Shown piece by piece: positions 21,459 to 32,460 of a stretch of 64,000 nt of DNA. The position numbers and the translations under genes are program-made. Source of the DNA: Diplonema japonicum (Eukaryota; Protista; Euglenozoa: Diplonemea); NCBI GenBank assembly GCA_964019335.1, contig OZ025656.1, positions 558,001 through 622,000 on the forward strand, given 5' to 3'. The notes under the pieces are model-generated. The model had not been told where the DNA came from. It worked only from the letters and a program-made list of their open reading frames with translations, and ran no database searches. The number at the start of each line of letters is the position of its first letter. Position 1 is the stretch's first letter.

Positions 21459-22961
21459 ATGCAAACCATTCGTATCCGTGTTCTGCTGCTAATCTCAACC
21501 TTTTTCAGCAGTGCAGCTGCTCAATGGTCGGACTCGGACCTTAAAAAATGCCTTTGCTGGGACTCAGAAAAAAATAACTGGTGCAAGGGCAGCGACCAGT
21601 GGGACCAGTGTGAAGACTACTGGAACACATATGCCCCCTACGTCATCATCGCCCTGTTCGGGGCTGGAGTGATCCTTGTGGGGATATTTGCTTATTACAT
21701 AACACGGTGCCTTGTGTGCTGCAATAGGTTGTGCTGCAAGGGCGTCGGGAGTGGAATCTCAAAAACCACTCTTTCAACATACAGAGTCCTTCTTGTTCTG
21801 TGCTTCATCACACTGGTGGTCACTGTTGGGGTGTCGAGCCACTACAGAGCTGACGATGTGCACGATGGGCTGCAGTCTGTGAACACCACTGTCACTACAC
21901 AGACAAACGCGCTCCGTGCTGTGACCTCGCTGTACATGAACACAACCTACGACCTCCTGGAGGAGGTAGGCTACCCCAGTGGTTCCGTCCCCTTTAACAT
22001 CACCACTGCCATCACCACCGTGAACCACAACGTGGACCACTGGATGCACAATGTGAACAACAAGCAGCATGATATCATGTCGCACTTGTGGGTTCTCGAC
22101 ATGTTCTTGTGGCCCTCCCTCATCACCACCGCCCTCCTCCTTGTCTTCAACATGCTGAAGATCCACCGTGTCGTACCTGAGATCATGGTCTTCTTCGTCT
22201 TCATCACGGCCCTCGCCGCCTTCTTCCTGCAGTTCACAGTGGGCGCATCCCGGAAGGCATCCATCGACCTGTGCGACGATTACGAGCCTGTTGCCGACCA
22301 GGTCATCAAGATCATCGACAGCAAGATCGGCGGCTGCGGCGAGGAGGGCAGACTTGGAGGCATCATCACCAGCACTGTGTTCATCCAGGACAGCTACATC
22401 ACCGAGTCGTGCAAGGCGGCCAACGTGTCTGTCGGGCTGCTGTGCTCGAAGTACTTCACGTGCGACACATGCGACACGTTGGACGGTGTGGCCAGTGTGC
22501 TTGCGAACGAATCTGTTCTGACGGACGGGGCGAGCCTTGGGTGTGTGGGGTGCAGCATCTCGCAGTGTGCCGAGAAGTGCACCGACAGTGAGGCGAAGAC
22601 CCTCTCCTCTGAGGCTGTTCAGAAGGATTCCAATGTGAGGGGGGGACTGGCAACCCTGAAGAAGGAGGTGTACCCTGTGGCGGACTGCTCGTACTTCAAA
22701 TCTATGTTTATGGCAGGAAGGCCTGCGATCTGTGGGGACTTCAAGCCTTCCACAAAAGATTACTTTGTGACTGTGGGTGTGGCTGGAGTGTTTGCTATGG
22801 TTGTCTTCATCTTTGCGACCCTCGCCAACTACATGTACGTGAAGGAGCAGGAGCTCCATGTCTACGAAGCATGCACGGTGTACCCCACCAACGCGATGCG
22901 AGATGAAGCGACCCCACTCACCCAGAAGGAAACCATGTCCACGTATTCGTATAATCAATAA
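21459..22961 (+). CDS. Tweety/prominin-like 5-TM membrane protein, copy A (with signal peptide)
   Basis: Topology: signal peptide, TM1, Cys cluster (CLVCCNRLCCK), TM2, large loop, TM3/TM4 hairpin, ASIDLC motif, Cys-rich loop, TM5. The family call is based on topology only. Confidence 0.65.
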   Translation: MQTIRIRVLLLISTFFSSAAAQWSDSDLKKCLCWDSEKNNWCKGSDQWDQCEDYWNTYAPYVIIALFGAGVILVGIFAYYITRCLVCCNRLCCKGVGSGISKTTLSTYRVLLVLCFITLVVTVGVSSHYRADDVHDGLQSVNTTVTTQTNALRAVTSLYMNTTYDLLEEVGYPSGSVPFNITTAITTVNHNVDHWMHNVNNKQHDIMSHLWVLDMFLWPSLITTALLLVFNMLKIHRVVPEIMVFFVFITALAAFFLQFTVGASRKASIDLCDDYEPVADQVIKIIDSKIGGCGEEGRLGGIITSTVFIQDSYITESCKAANVSVGLLCSKYFTCDTCDTLDGVASVLANESVLTDGASLGCVGCSISQCAEKCTDSEAKTLSSEAVQKDSNVRGGLATLKKEVYPVADCSYFKSMFMAGRPAICGDFKPSTKDYFVTVGVAGVFAMVVFIFATLANYMYVKEQELHVYEACTVYPTNAMRDEATPLTQKETMSTYSYNQ

Positions 22962-23352
22962 GAAATAATTACCTTTACTTTATCTCAATCTTTGGCCCAA
23001 TGGCCACCTAGCTTTTAAAACTTTTTTTCCTTCGTTTTTTTTCTTTCTTTTTCTTTTTCTGCTTACTTCTTTGCACAGCGACCTTGGGTGTCTTTTCTTT
23101 TTTGTTTGTGTTTTTTGCAAAGTCAATACCTGCTTCCTTATTTCTTTTCCCTTTCGCCCTTCCATTCACTTTACCGACAGGAAATCGTCACAGCAAGTAC
23201 GTGGCGCGGTGTTATTACTATTGGGGTGGCTCCCTTGCTCTCTGTTATCTTATCCTTCCCTTTTTTCTTTTCTTTTTCATCTGCTTCGCAGAGTGTCAGT
23301 CTTGTTGCTTTTTGTAACGACCCCAGTCTCACAGATAAGAATAATAAGAAAA

Positions 23353-24768
23353 ATGACTGCACTCTGGTCCAACTCCGACCTGAAGGAATGCATGTGCTGG
23401 AGCTCATTCTTCAACAACTGGTGTCAAGGCAAGTGGATGAACCAGTGTGACGACTACTGGCTCACCTACTCATCCTACGTCATCATCGCCCTGTTCGGGG
23501 CTGGGCTGATCCTTGTGGGGGCCATTGCCTACTACGTCATGAGGTGCATCGCTTGCTGCTGCACTTGCTGCAAGGGGCTGGCAGAGGGCGTGTCGAATAT
23601 TGTGCTCTTTTCCTACCGAGTGGGGATCCTTCTGTGCTTCATCACACTGGTGGTCACTGTTGGGGTGTCGAGCCACTACAGAGCTGACGATGTGCACGAT
23701 GGGCTGCAGTCTGTGAACACATCGTTCACTACACAGACAAACGCGCTCCGTGCTGTGACCTCCCTGTACATGAACACAACCTACGACCTCCTGGAGGAGG
23801 TAGGCTACCCCAATGGTTCCGTCCCCCCCACCATCACCACTGCCATCACCACCGTGAACCACAACGTGGACCACTGGATGCACAATGTGAACACCGCTCA
23901 GGACGATGTGATGTCGCACCTGTGGCTCCTCGACATGTTCCTGTGGCCCTCCCTCATCACCACCGCCCTCCTCCTTGTCTTCAACATGCTGGGGTTCCAC
24001 CGCATCGTCCCTGAGTTCATGATCTTCTTCGTCTTCGTCACGGCCCTCTCCGCCTTCTTCCTGCAGTTCACGGCTGGCTTCTTCCGGAAGGCCTCCGTCG
24101 ACCTGTGCGATGACTACTTCCCAGTGGTGGGGTCGCTGATGGAGATCATCGACAGCAAGATCGGCGGCTGCAACGAGGAGGGCAGACTTGGAGGCATCAT
24201 CACCAGCACTGTGTTCATCCAGGACAGCTACATCACCGAGTCGTGCAAGGCGGCCAACGTGTCTGTCGGGCTGCTGTGCTCGAAGTACTTCACGTGCAAC
24301 GCATGCGACACGTTGGACGGTGTGGCCAGTGTGCTTGCGAACGGATCTGTTCTGACGGACGGGGCGAGCCTTGGGTGTGTGGGGTGCAGCATCTCGCAGT
24401 GTGCCGAGAAGTGCACCGACAGTGAGGCGAAGACCCTCTCCTCTGAGGCTGTTCAGAAGGATTCCAATGTGAGGGGGGGACTGGCAACCCTGAAGAAGGA
24501 GGTGTACCCTGTGGCGGACTGCTCGTACTTCAGAAGCATGCTTTCAGCTGTGGAGCCCGCGATCTGTGGGGACTTCATGCCTTCTACAGGAGACTACTTT
24601 GTGACTGTGGGTGTGGCTGGGGTTTTTGTGATGTTTGTCTTCGTCCTTGCGACCCTTGGCAACATCATGTTCCTGAAGGAGCAGGAGCAGGTCCAAGTTG
24701 GAACTGTGTGCAACGCACCCATGAAAACCATCTACCCAGTGAAGGCCGCGCACAGCGCGGAGTTCTGA
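23353..24768 (+). CDS. Tweety/prominin-like 5-TM membrane protein, copy B (tandem paralog)
   Basis: Collinear with copy A, with long near-identical nucleotide blocks. The first in-frame ATG is 23353. Confidence 0.65.
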   Translation: MTALWSNSDLKECMCWSSFFNNWCQGKWMNQCDDYWLTYSSYVIIALFGAGLILVGAIAYYVMRCIACCCTCCKGLAEGVSNIVLFSYRVGILLCFITLVVTVGVSSHYRADDVHDGLQSVNTSFTTQTNALRAVTSLYMNTTYDLLEEVGYPNGSVPPTITTAITTVNHNVDHWMHNVNTAQDDVMSHLWLLDMFLWPSLITTALLLVFNMLGFHRIVPEFMIFFVFVTALSAFFLQFTAGFFRKASVDLCDDYFPVVGSLMEIIDSKIGGCNEEGRLGGIITSTVFIQDSYITESCKAANVSVGLLCSKYFTCNACDTLDGVASVLANGSVLTDGASLGCVGCSISQCAEKCTDSEAKTLSSEAVQKDSNVRGGLATLKKEVYPVADCSYFRSMLSAVEPAICGDFMPSTGDYFVTVGVAGVFVMFVFVLATLGNIMFLKEQEQVQVGTVCNAPMKTIYPVKAAHSAEF

Positions 24769-25534
24769 CAATCATCTCCCGTTTACAATTAATCACATCC
24801 ACACTGGAGATTCCTTTGTTTTTTATTTTTTATATTTTTTTTGTATGCTTCTCAACGCAGTGCTTTCTGTGTTGTAAAAGCACTTTTCGAGGGAAACATT
24901 CTCTGTCCTCTAGGCAGATGAGATAAATACGTTACGGCTGATGTAGGGTGCTTGGCTTCTTGTCGGGCATCGCGAGTCAGAATATTCAATGTTTCTCAAC
25001 CTCAATTCTCCATATGTCCTGCCTTGTTCACTTATCCTGTTACTAGGTGGGTCATTACTAGCATCTTCTCCCTCATCATAATGCATCCCCCTGTCTATTC
25101 ACGGGGGATTGCCGTTTGTTTTAATTCCCAGTAGTACCGCGTGGTGCTGCCCTCTTACTCCTTCATGCTTAGCATGTTATTCGTTACTCCCTTTTTTTTA
25201 AATTCAAAATGCAATTACTTCAATTGAGGTCTGGTGTTGTTTTCAAAGATTCGCTCAGCGAAAACCCAAAGATCAGTTTACTAACTACTTTGTTTTTTTT
25301 TCTTACGCTTCTGATCGTAAAGTGACTCCGCCTGAGTCAAAGAAGCGTTATTTCTTTTTTTTTTTTTTTTTGCTCTCTCAAAAGGCGCAAAACCACCAAC
25401 GATATCACCAAGTAATGTGATGTGGTGGTCAGATAAACCAGTGTTCAGCAAGCCCCGAAAGGTTGCTCCTGCTAACACTGAACAATGAATTTTATATTAT
25501 TTTTCAGTCTGCAAACTATAATCGCCTCCTTAGG

Positions 25535-27454
25535 ATGATGTTGTGGGAAAAGCCCCATCCATGGGCGAAAGGGGGGAAGGGGTTGGGGGTGTTGGGTCCA
25601 AGGCCTGTGGGACGTGGCACAAAGGGCATGCTTGCACCACCGCACATCCTGCCGCACGGCGGGGACTGCGAGGCTGAGCAGGTGGTGAGCATCGAAAACG
25701 ATGCGACCTGCCCAGGGGCCGTCATCTTCTACACTGTTGATGGTTCAGAACCCACTGTGCACTCTATGCAATACAAAGGCCCCTTCAAGATCAAGCTCCC
25801 TGTGGTACCGCAGGTAGCGGTGCGTGCCATTGCCGCCGCCGCCATTGACCATGTCACGCAACCCGCAACTGAAGTCTTCCGCCTCCACTCTGGCCTCACA
25901 CCTGCCCCTGAATGGGGCACAACACCCGAAGGCCTTCTCCACCTCTCGCACTACCCCGGCGCCACTGTCTACTACACTACTGTCCGTGACGGCGACCCCC
26001 TCCAAGGCGGGTACCTATACACCGGACCCTTTTCTCTGCGAGCTGACAGGGACAGAAGGTTCTACCTCACTGCCGTTGCCGTTGTTCCTGGATGCGAGCC
26101 CAGCGACAAGGCGCTGCATGAAGTTGACGTGACCGGCGACAACGCCCCGCTTCCGCCCATAGACCCCTTCGACGACGGGAAGGACACGCTGCCGCAAGAC
26201 ACACAGACACGTCCACCTGATGTCAACACTGCTGGAACCAGCATGACTCCGAAGCGGAGGTCAACGTTGGGACGTTACCCCTACCCGCCGCTGGGGCTGG
26301 ATGTGGAGCACAATGTGAACCCCCATTCTATGACAGTAAGGCCTATGCACGACCTGCCAGCAGGGGAGGATGGGAAGCCACTATCGCCATCGAGTTTCGG
26401 GCTCAAAGTCTACTACTGTGTGGATGGCGGGGGTTTCGTGCAACTACCTGAATCCGACCAGTTGGTCATCCCGCTCACAGACACCAGTCACATCTACGGT
26501 TTTGTGACGTCTTCGGGTTCGCTGCCAGACTTGACACCAGCTGTGTCGAGCCCTGTTGTTTACCTGTACGTCCCCAAAAGGCCACGGTGGGAGTCCAAAG
26601 CAGACATGAAGTACATCCTCGATCAGGCGATCAAATGGCTATGGGAGGTATTTAACAAGACGAAAACAGTCCATGTGCAGTGGAAGACGACTGGCCACTC
26701 CGAAGAGGCACCCACGCTCTTGTTCTGTCTGGATAAGATGGAGAGCGCTATAGTGCTGATCCTGCATCATCTGTCGTCAGCGAAGTTGGTGTACCCGGGG
26801 ATAAAGATCGAGACGGAGGGCAAGGTGCTGAATGACGGGCACTTCAGAGAGGCGAACGATGCAGTGTCAGGATTGTACCACCAGTTGTTGGATTTGAATA
26901 ATGTGCCTAGCCAAGAACAGCTGTTGGAGGTGCTGCTGGAAGCTTTGAAAGATGCTGTTTACAAAGTGAAGCTGATAGTAGCCTTGTTGCCTGATGTACC
27001 TGAGACGAAAAAACTAGAAGCACCAAAATGGCTGGAAGATGCGAGGGTACGGATAGGCAGCATGGGGTGGGATGTAGTGGAAGAGGTGCTGCAAGGCGGG
27101 CGGGAAACGGCAGGGATATGTAAGAAGCGAGAGAGAGACGACTTGTTCCCAGAACACGGCGATGCGATGCATAAGTTGATTGAGGAGCTTTGCAAGAGGC
27201 TTGCAGATGCTGAAGAAGCGAAGAAGAAGCTCGGTGCCGATCTGCAGCAAGCACTGACAGACGCCGATGTGCTTCGCAATGATATCGATACCCGCATTGC
27301 ATGGATGCAGGCCGCCCGCATTCGTGAGGCCCGCCTTGAAGCTCGTGTAGAGGAGCTACGCCGCTTCCCCCATATCCCCCCCGCCAGCCCTCGGAACGAG
27401 CCTGCCCCCACCGCCATTGACTCACACCTCGCTTTCCTTATCAACCCAGACTAG
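25535..27454 (+). CDS. Protein with two chitobiase/beta-hexosaminidase C-terminal (Fn3-associated) domains and a C-terminal coiled coil
   Basis: GAVIFYTVDGSEPT..S..YKGPF and GATVYYT...GDP....LYTGPF motifs. Confidence 0.75.
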   Translation: MMLWEKPHPWAKGGKGLGVLGPRPVGRGTKGMLAPPHILPHGGDCEAEQVVSIENDATCPGAVIFYTVDGSEPTVHSMQYKGPFKIKLPVVPQVAVRAIAAAAIDHVTQPATEVFRLHSGLTPAPEWGTTPEGLLHLSHYPGATVYYTTVRDGDPLQGGYLYTGPFSLRADRDRRFYLTAVAVVPGCEPSDKALHEVDVTGDNAPLPPIDPFDDGKDTLPQDTQTRPPDVNTAGTSMTPKRRSTLGRYPYPPLGLDVEHNVNPHSMTVRPMHDLPAGEDGKPLSPSSFGLKVYYCVDGGGFVQLPESDQLVIPLTDTSHIYGFVTSSGSLPDLTPAVSSPVVYLYVPKRPRWESKADMKYILDQAIKWLWEVFNKTKTVHVQWKTTGHSEEAPTLLFCLDKMESAIVLILHHLSSAKLVYPGIKIETEGKVLNDGHFREANDAVSGLYHQLLDLNNVPSQEQLLEVLLEALKDAVYKVKLIVALLPDVPETKKLEAPKWLEDARVRIGSMGWDVVEEVLQGGRETAGICKKRERDDLFPEHGDAMHKLIEELCKRLADAEEAKKKLGADLQQALTDADVLRNDIDTRIAWMQAARIREARLEARVEELRRFPHIPPASPRNEPAPTAIDSHLAFLINPD

Positions 27455-27537
27455 ATAGACGTGTATAACAGTTTAGATGTTTTTTTCTCGTTGTTTTTCT
27501 GACTGTTCGTTAAAAAACGCAGAATAATATCAATAAA

Positions 27538-30500
27538 ATGTCTAACGCACACACTGACCCCAAAGGTCAACCTGACCTCGTGGAGAAGGAGTTGAATGCC
27601 AAAGTTGGCAAGTTGATGCTTAAGGATGGGTCAGTCATCACTGGTAAATCATTCGGCGCGGACGTGAACGTTTCTGGCGAGGTTGTCTTCAACACTGGTA
27701 TGGTAGGGTACCCGGAGTCCCTCACGGACCCCTCGTACAAAGGGCAGATCTTGGTGCTGACGTACCCGCTTATCGGGAACTACGGTGTGCCCGACCGTGA
27801 GGACAGGGATCAGTACGGGCTCCCGAAGTTCTTCGAGTCCGACAAGGTGCAGGTGACGGGTGTGATCGTAAGCGACTACAGCTACTCCCCAAGCCACTAC
27901 GCCAGCACCTGCTCGCTGGGATCCTGGCTGCAGGAGCACAACGTGCCCGCCCTCTTCAACGTGGACACCCGTGCCCTCGTGAAGAAGATCCGTGACAATG
28001 GTTCCCTTCTCGGCAAGATCATCTTCGACGACGCTAAGGACTCCCTCTCCTTCGAAGACCCCAACAAGCGCAACCTCATCGCCGAGGTCTCCCACAAGGA
28101 ACCTAGGGTGTTCGGGAACGGCAAGTACAAGATCGTCGCCGTTGACTGCGGGATGAAGAACAACATCATCCGCTACTTCGTCAACCACACCGACTGCACT
28201 CTCAAGGTCGTCCCTTGGGACTACGATTTCAGCACTGAGGAGTGCGACGGTATCTTCCTCTCCAACGGTCCTGGTGATCCGGAGCTCATGGGCATCACCG
28301 TCAACAACCTGAAGAAGTGCTTGGACAAGGACACCCCCATCTTCGGTATCTGCATGGGTCACCAGCTGCTCGCCATGGCGGCTGGCGCCAAGACCTACAA
28401 GATGAAGTTCGGTAACCGAGGGATGAACCAGCCTGTGGTGGACATGCGCACGACGAGGTGCTACATCACCCCCCAGAACCACGGGTTCGCCGTTGACGAG
28501 AAGACGCTCCCTGAGGACTGGTGCCCTATGTTCTACAACGCCAACGACTACACCAACGAGGGTATCTGCCACATCTCCAAGCCTTTCTTCTCCGTCCAAT
28601 TCCACCCTGAGGCGATGGGTGGTCCCACCGACACTGATTTCTTGTTCAAAATGTTCATTGACCGTATCTCCGAGAACGGTTCCAGGGCCACCATCGTGCC
28701 TGTCATCCGTAAGCCCGACTGCAAGAAGATCCTTCTGCTCGGCAGCGGTGGTCTGTCCATCGGTCAGGCCGGTGAATTCGACTACAGCGGTAGTCAGGCC
28801 ATCAAGGCCCTCAAGGAGCACAACCTCAGGGTGATCCTGGTGAACCCCAACATCGCTACGTGCCAGACCAGCAAGGGCATGGCCGATGAGGTGTACTTCG
28901 AGCCCGTCACACTTGAGTTCGTGACAAAGATTATCGAGAAGGAGAGGCCTGATGGTATCATGCTTCAGTTCGGTGGGCAGACCGCCCTGAACTGCGGTGT
29001 GCAGCTCCGTGACGCTGGTGTTCTTGATCGCTACAATGTGCAGGTGCTCGGTACCCAGGTTGACGCTATCATTGCCACCGAGGATCGTGAGGTGTTCGCC
29101 CAGAAGCTTGCTGAGATCGGCGAGAAAGTGGCACCCAGCAAGACCGCTATCACTGTGGAGGAAGCCCTTGAGATCGGTAAGGAAATCGGGTACCCCGTGT
29201 TGGTGCGTTCCGCCTTCGCACTTGGCGGTCTCGGCTCTGGTTTCGCAAACGACGCCGTTGAGATGAAGGAGCTTTGCACCAAAGCCTTCGCTGGCACTGA
29301 TCAGATCATCGTGGACAAGTCCCTCAAGGGGTGGAAAGAGCTCGAGTACGAGGTTGTGCGTGACGCGCAGGACAACTGCATCACCGTGTGCAACATGGAG
29401 AACTTCGACCCTCTTGGTATCCACACTGGTGACTCCATCGTCGTGGCGCCCAGTCAGACCCTCAGCAACGAGGAGTACTACCAGCTCAGGAAGGCGGCCA
29501 TTAAGATTGCCCGCCACATTGGTATTGTCGGTGAGTGCAACGTGCAGTACGCCGTCGACCCACACAGCAACGACTACTGCATCATCGAGATGAACGCCAG
29601 GCTGTCCAGGTCTAGTGCTCTTGCCTCCAAGGCCACCGGTTACCCCCTGGCTTACGTGGCTGCCAAGCTTGCCCTTGGCACTGCCCTGCCTGACATCAGG
29701 AACTCCGTCACGCAGTCCACTTGCGCCTGCTTCGAACCCTCGCTCGACTACTGTGTCATCAAGTTCCCCAGGTGGGACATGAGGAAGTTCAGCAGGGTGT
29801 CGTCCTCGATCGGCAGTGCCATGAAGAGTGTGGGTGAGGTCATGTCTATCGGTAGGAAGTTCGAGGAAGCCTTCCAGAAGGGTCTCCGCATGGTTGAGGG
29901 CAGCATTGACGGCTTTGGGTATGTACAGCATCACATCATCAAACACGCAACACAGCGACCTCGCCAACGCCGACGAGAGCGCCTGCACGGATGAGGAGCT
30001 GGTGCACGAGATGGCCAACCCTAGGTATGTTTTTTTTGCGAGGCGCACTTTACAAACCACAGCGACCGTCGTGTCTTCGCTATCGCCGTTGCTCTCTTCA
30101 GGGGGTTCGGGGTGGAGCGTGTGTACGAGATCACCAAGATCGACAGGTGGTTCTTGACCAAGCTGCAGAACATCGTGGATATCGAGAAGAAGCTCGAGTC
30201 CAACAAGAAGCCCATCAAGACCGAACTCCTGGTCATCGCAAAGAAGGCTGGTTTCAGCGACCGTGGGATTGCCCGACTTGTCGGTGCTGCTGAGCATGAC
30301 GTATGCTGCGATGACAACAAAGTAACACACTGCAGATCCGCACAATGAGGCACAAGAACCACATCATGCCTGTCGTGAAGCAGATCGACACCCTTGCCGC
30401 AGAGTTCCCTGCCAAGACCAACTACCTGTACCACACGTACAACGGCACTGAGAACGGTATGATGCTGCTGTTGCGGCAGATGTGAAATTTCCTCCTACAG

Positions 30501-32375
30501 ACCTCGACTTCCCCGGTGGTGGTGTGATGGTGCTCGGGTGCGGTGCCTACCGTATTGGTAGCAGTTGCGAGTTCGATTGGTGCGCCGTGTCGTGCATCAG
30601 GACCCTCAACAAGCTGGGCATCAAGTCCATCGTTGTGAACTACAACCCCGAGACCGTGTCCACCGACTACGACGAGAGCGACAGGCTGTACTTCGAGGAG
30701 CTGTCTCTGGAGTCCGTGATCGACATCTACCACAAGGAGGGAGCTAGGGGGGTATGTTGTTTTCGCTACATATTCATATGTTATCTTCAAAGGTTGTCGT
30801 GTCTGTTGGTGGACAGATCCCCAACAACTTGGTGGTGCCCCTTCACAAGGCCGGTGTGACCATTCTCGGTACCTCGCCTGAGAGCATCGACTCCTGCGAG
30901 GACAGGAACAAGTTCAGCAAGCTGTGTGACACTCTGAGCATCGACCAGCCGCGTTGGATCGAGGCGAGCTCCATCGATGAGGCCAAGGCCTTCGCCAAGA
31001 AGGTTGAGTACCCCGTCCTGGTGAGGCCTTCGTACGTGCTGTCCGGTATGCGTGTTTTACTGATGTCCACTGAATGCAGGCGCGGCCATGAACGTTGCTG
31101 ACAACGAGGAGGACTTCGTGTCGTACCTGGCACAGGCCACCAACGTGAACAGGGAGCACCCCGTCGTGATCTCTAAGTTCATCAAGAACGCCAAGGAGAT
31201 TGAGATGGACGCCGTTGCCAAGGACGGGCGCATCATCAACTACGCTGTCTCCGAGCACGTTGAGAACGCTGGTGTGCACTCCGGTGACGCGACGCTCTGC
31301 CTCCCTGCGCAGAAGCTGTACGTCGAGACCGTGCGAAGAATCAAGCACATCATGAGCTCCCTGTGCGCACGCCTCAACATCACCGGACCTGTCAACGCGC
31401 AGTTCCTGTCTAAGAACAACGACATCAAGGTATGCAGCACCTCCAACTATCCATCACACTAGATCATCGAGTGCAACCTGAGGGCGAGCAGGTCGTTCCC
31501 GTTCGTCTCGAAGACCTTCGACGTCAACTTCATCGAGCTTGCCACCAAGGCCATGGTACGAGGGGAAACGAGAAAAAACAACTATTTATACTAAACAAAC
31601 AGATCGGTGCCCCGTGCCCCCCGTTCAACATCCACCTGTACGACACTGAGTGGGTGTGCTGCAAGAGCCCGATGTTCTCGTTCACCAGGCTGCTGGTATG
31701 AACAAACAAAATTTAAGAAATATAACAAAAAAAAAGGGAGCGGACCCTATCACAAGGGTGGAGATGGCGAGCACTGGTGAGGTTGCGTGCTTTGGTGTGA
31801 ACCAGCACGAGGCGCTGCTGAAGTCGATGCTTGCAACTGGGTTCAAGCTGCCCAACAGGACGAAGAACATCTTGGTCTCCCTGGGGCCGATCAAGGCGAA
31901 GGTGGCATTCGTGAGCTACATGAAGAGCTTGGCGAAGATGGGGTACAAGCTGTACTGCACTGAGAACACCTTCAAGTTCTACGAGGAGGAGGGTGTGGAG
32001 GTCACACGCATCGGGAAGCCTGGCGCGGAGAAGGACACTGAAATACCAGAGGCTCTGGACTTCATCAGAAACGGGAAGATTGACCTTATCATCAACGTGC
32101 CAGGGTCGTTCTCCTCTGACCAAATCACTGCAGGTTACCAGATGAGGAGGTCTGCCGTGGACTTTGGGCTCCCGCTCCTCACCAACGTTCAGCTGGCGGT
32201 TGCCCTTGTGCAGGCGATAGAACGTGTGGACCTGGACAACATGGTTGTGAGGTCTTGGAACGAGTACGTGAACCCTGGTTACAGACAGGAGGTCCTCACC
32301 ACTAAACCCGGCACCACCCCCCTCCACCGCCCTATTGAGAACCCCACCAACCTTCCCGAGGCCATTTCCTGGTGA
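27538..32375 (+). CDS. CPSII: Glutamine-dependent carbamoyl-phosphate synthetase II (fused GATase + synthetase + MGS domain), 10 exons
   Basis: [52 protein letters not shown] and [12 protein letters not shown]. Introns at 29919-29955, 30025-30062, 30301-30335, 30457-30500, 30752-30792, 31046-31079, 31430-31462, 31556-31602 and 31696-31736 each restore the frame and conserved residues. Confidence 0.97.
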
Positions 32376-32429
32376 TATTAGTGTCTTTTTTGTTTTTGTT
32401 TTTGTTTTTTACGAGATAAATTTCGGAGC

Positions 32430-32460
<31 letters not shown>

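Noticed and set aside
27649-30345. 898-aa minus-strand ORF, and similar antisense ORFs over the Tweety-like, MYG1 and repeat genes
   Set aside because: These are antisense shadows of genes with strong C/G-ending codon bias and have no recognisable motifs.
29919-31736. Apparent frameshifts or pseudogenisation, or stop-codon reassignment, in CPSII and other genes
   Set aside because: Every break is explained by a short GT-AG intron, and TAA, TAG and TGA all act as normal terminators.
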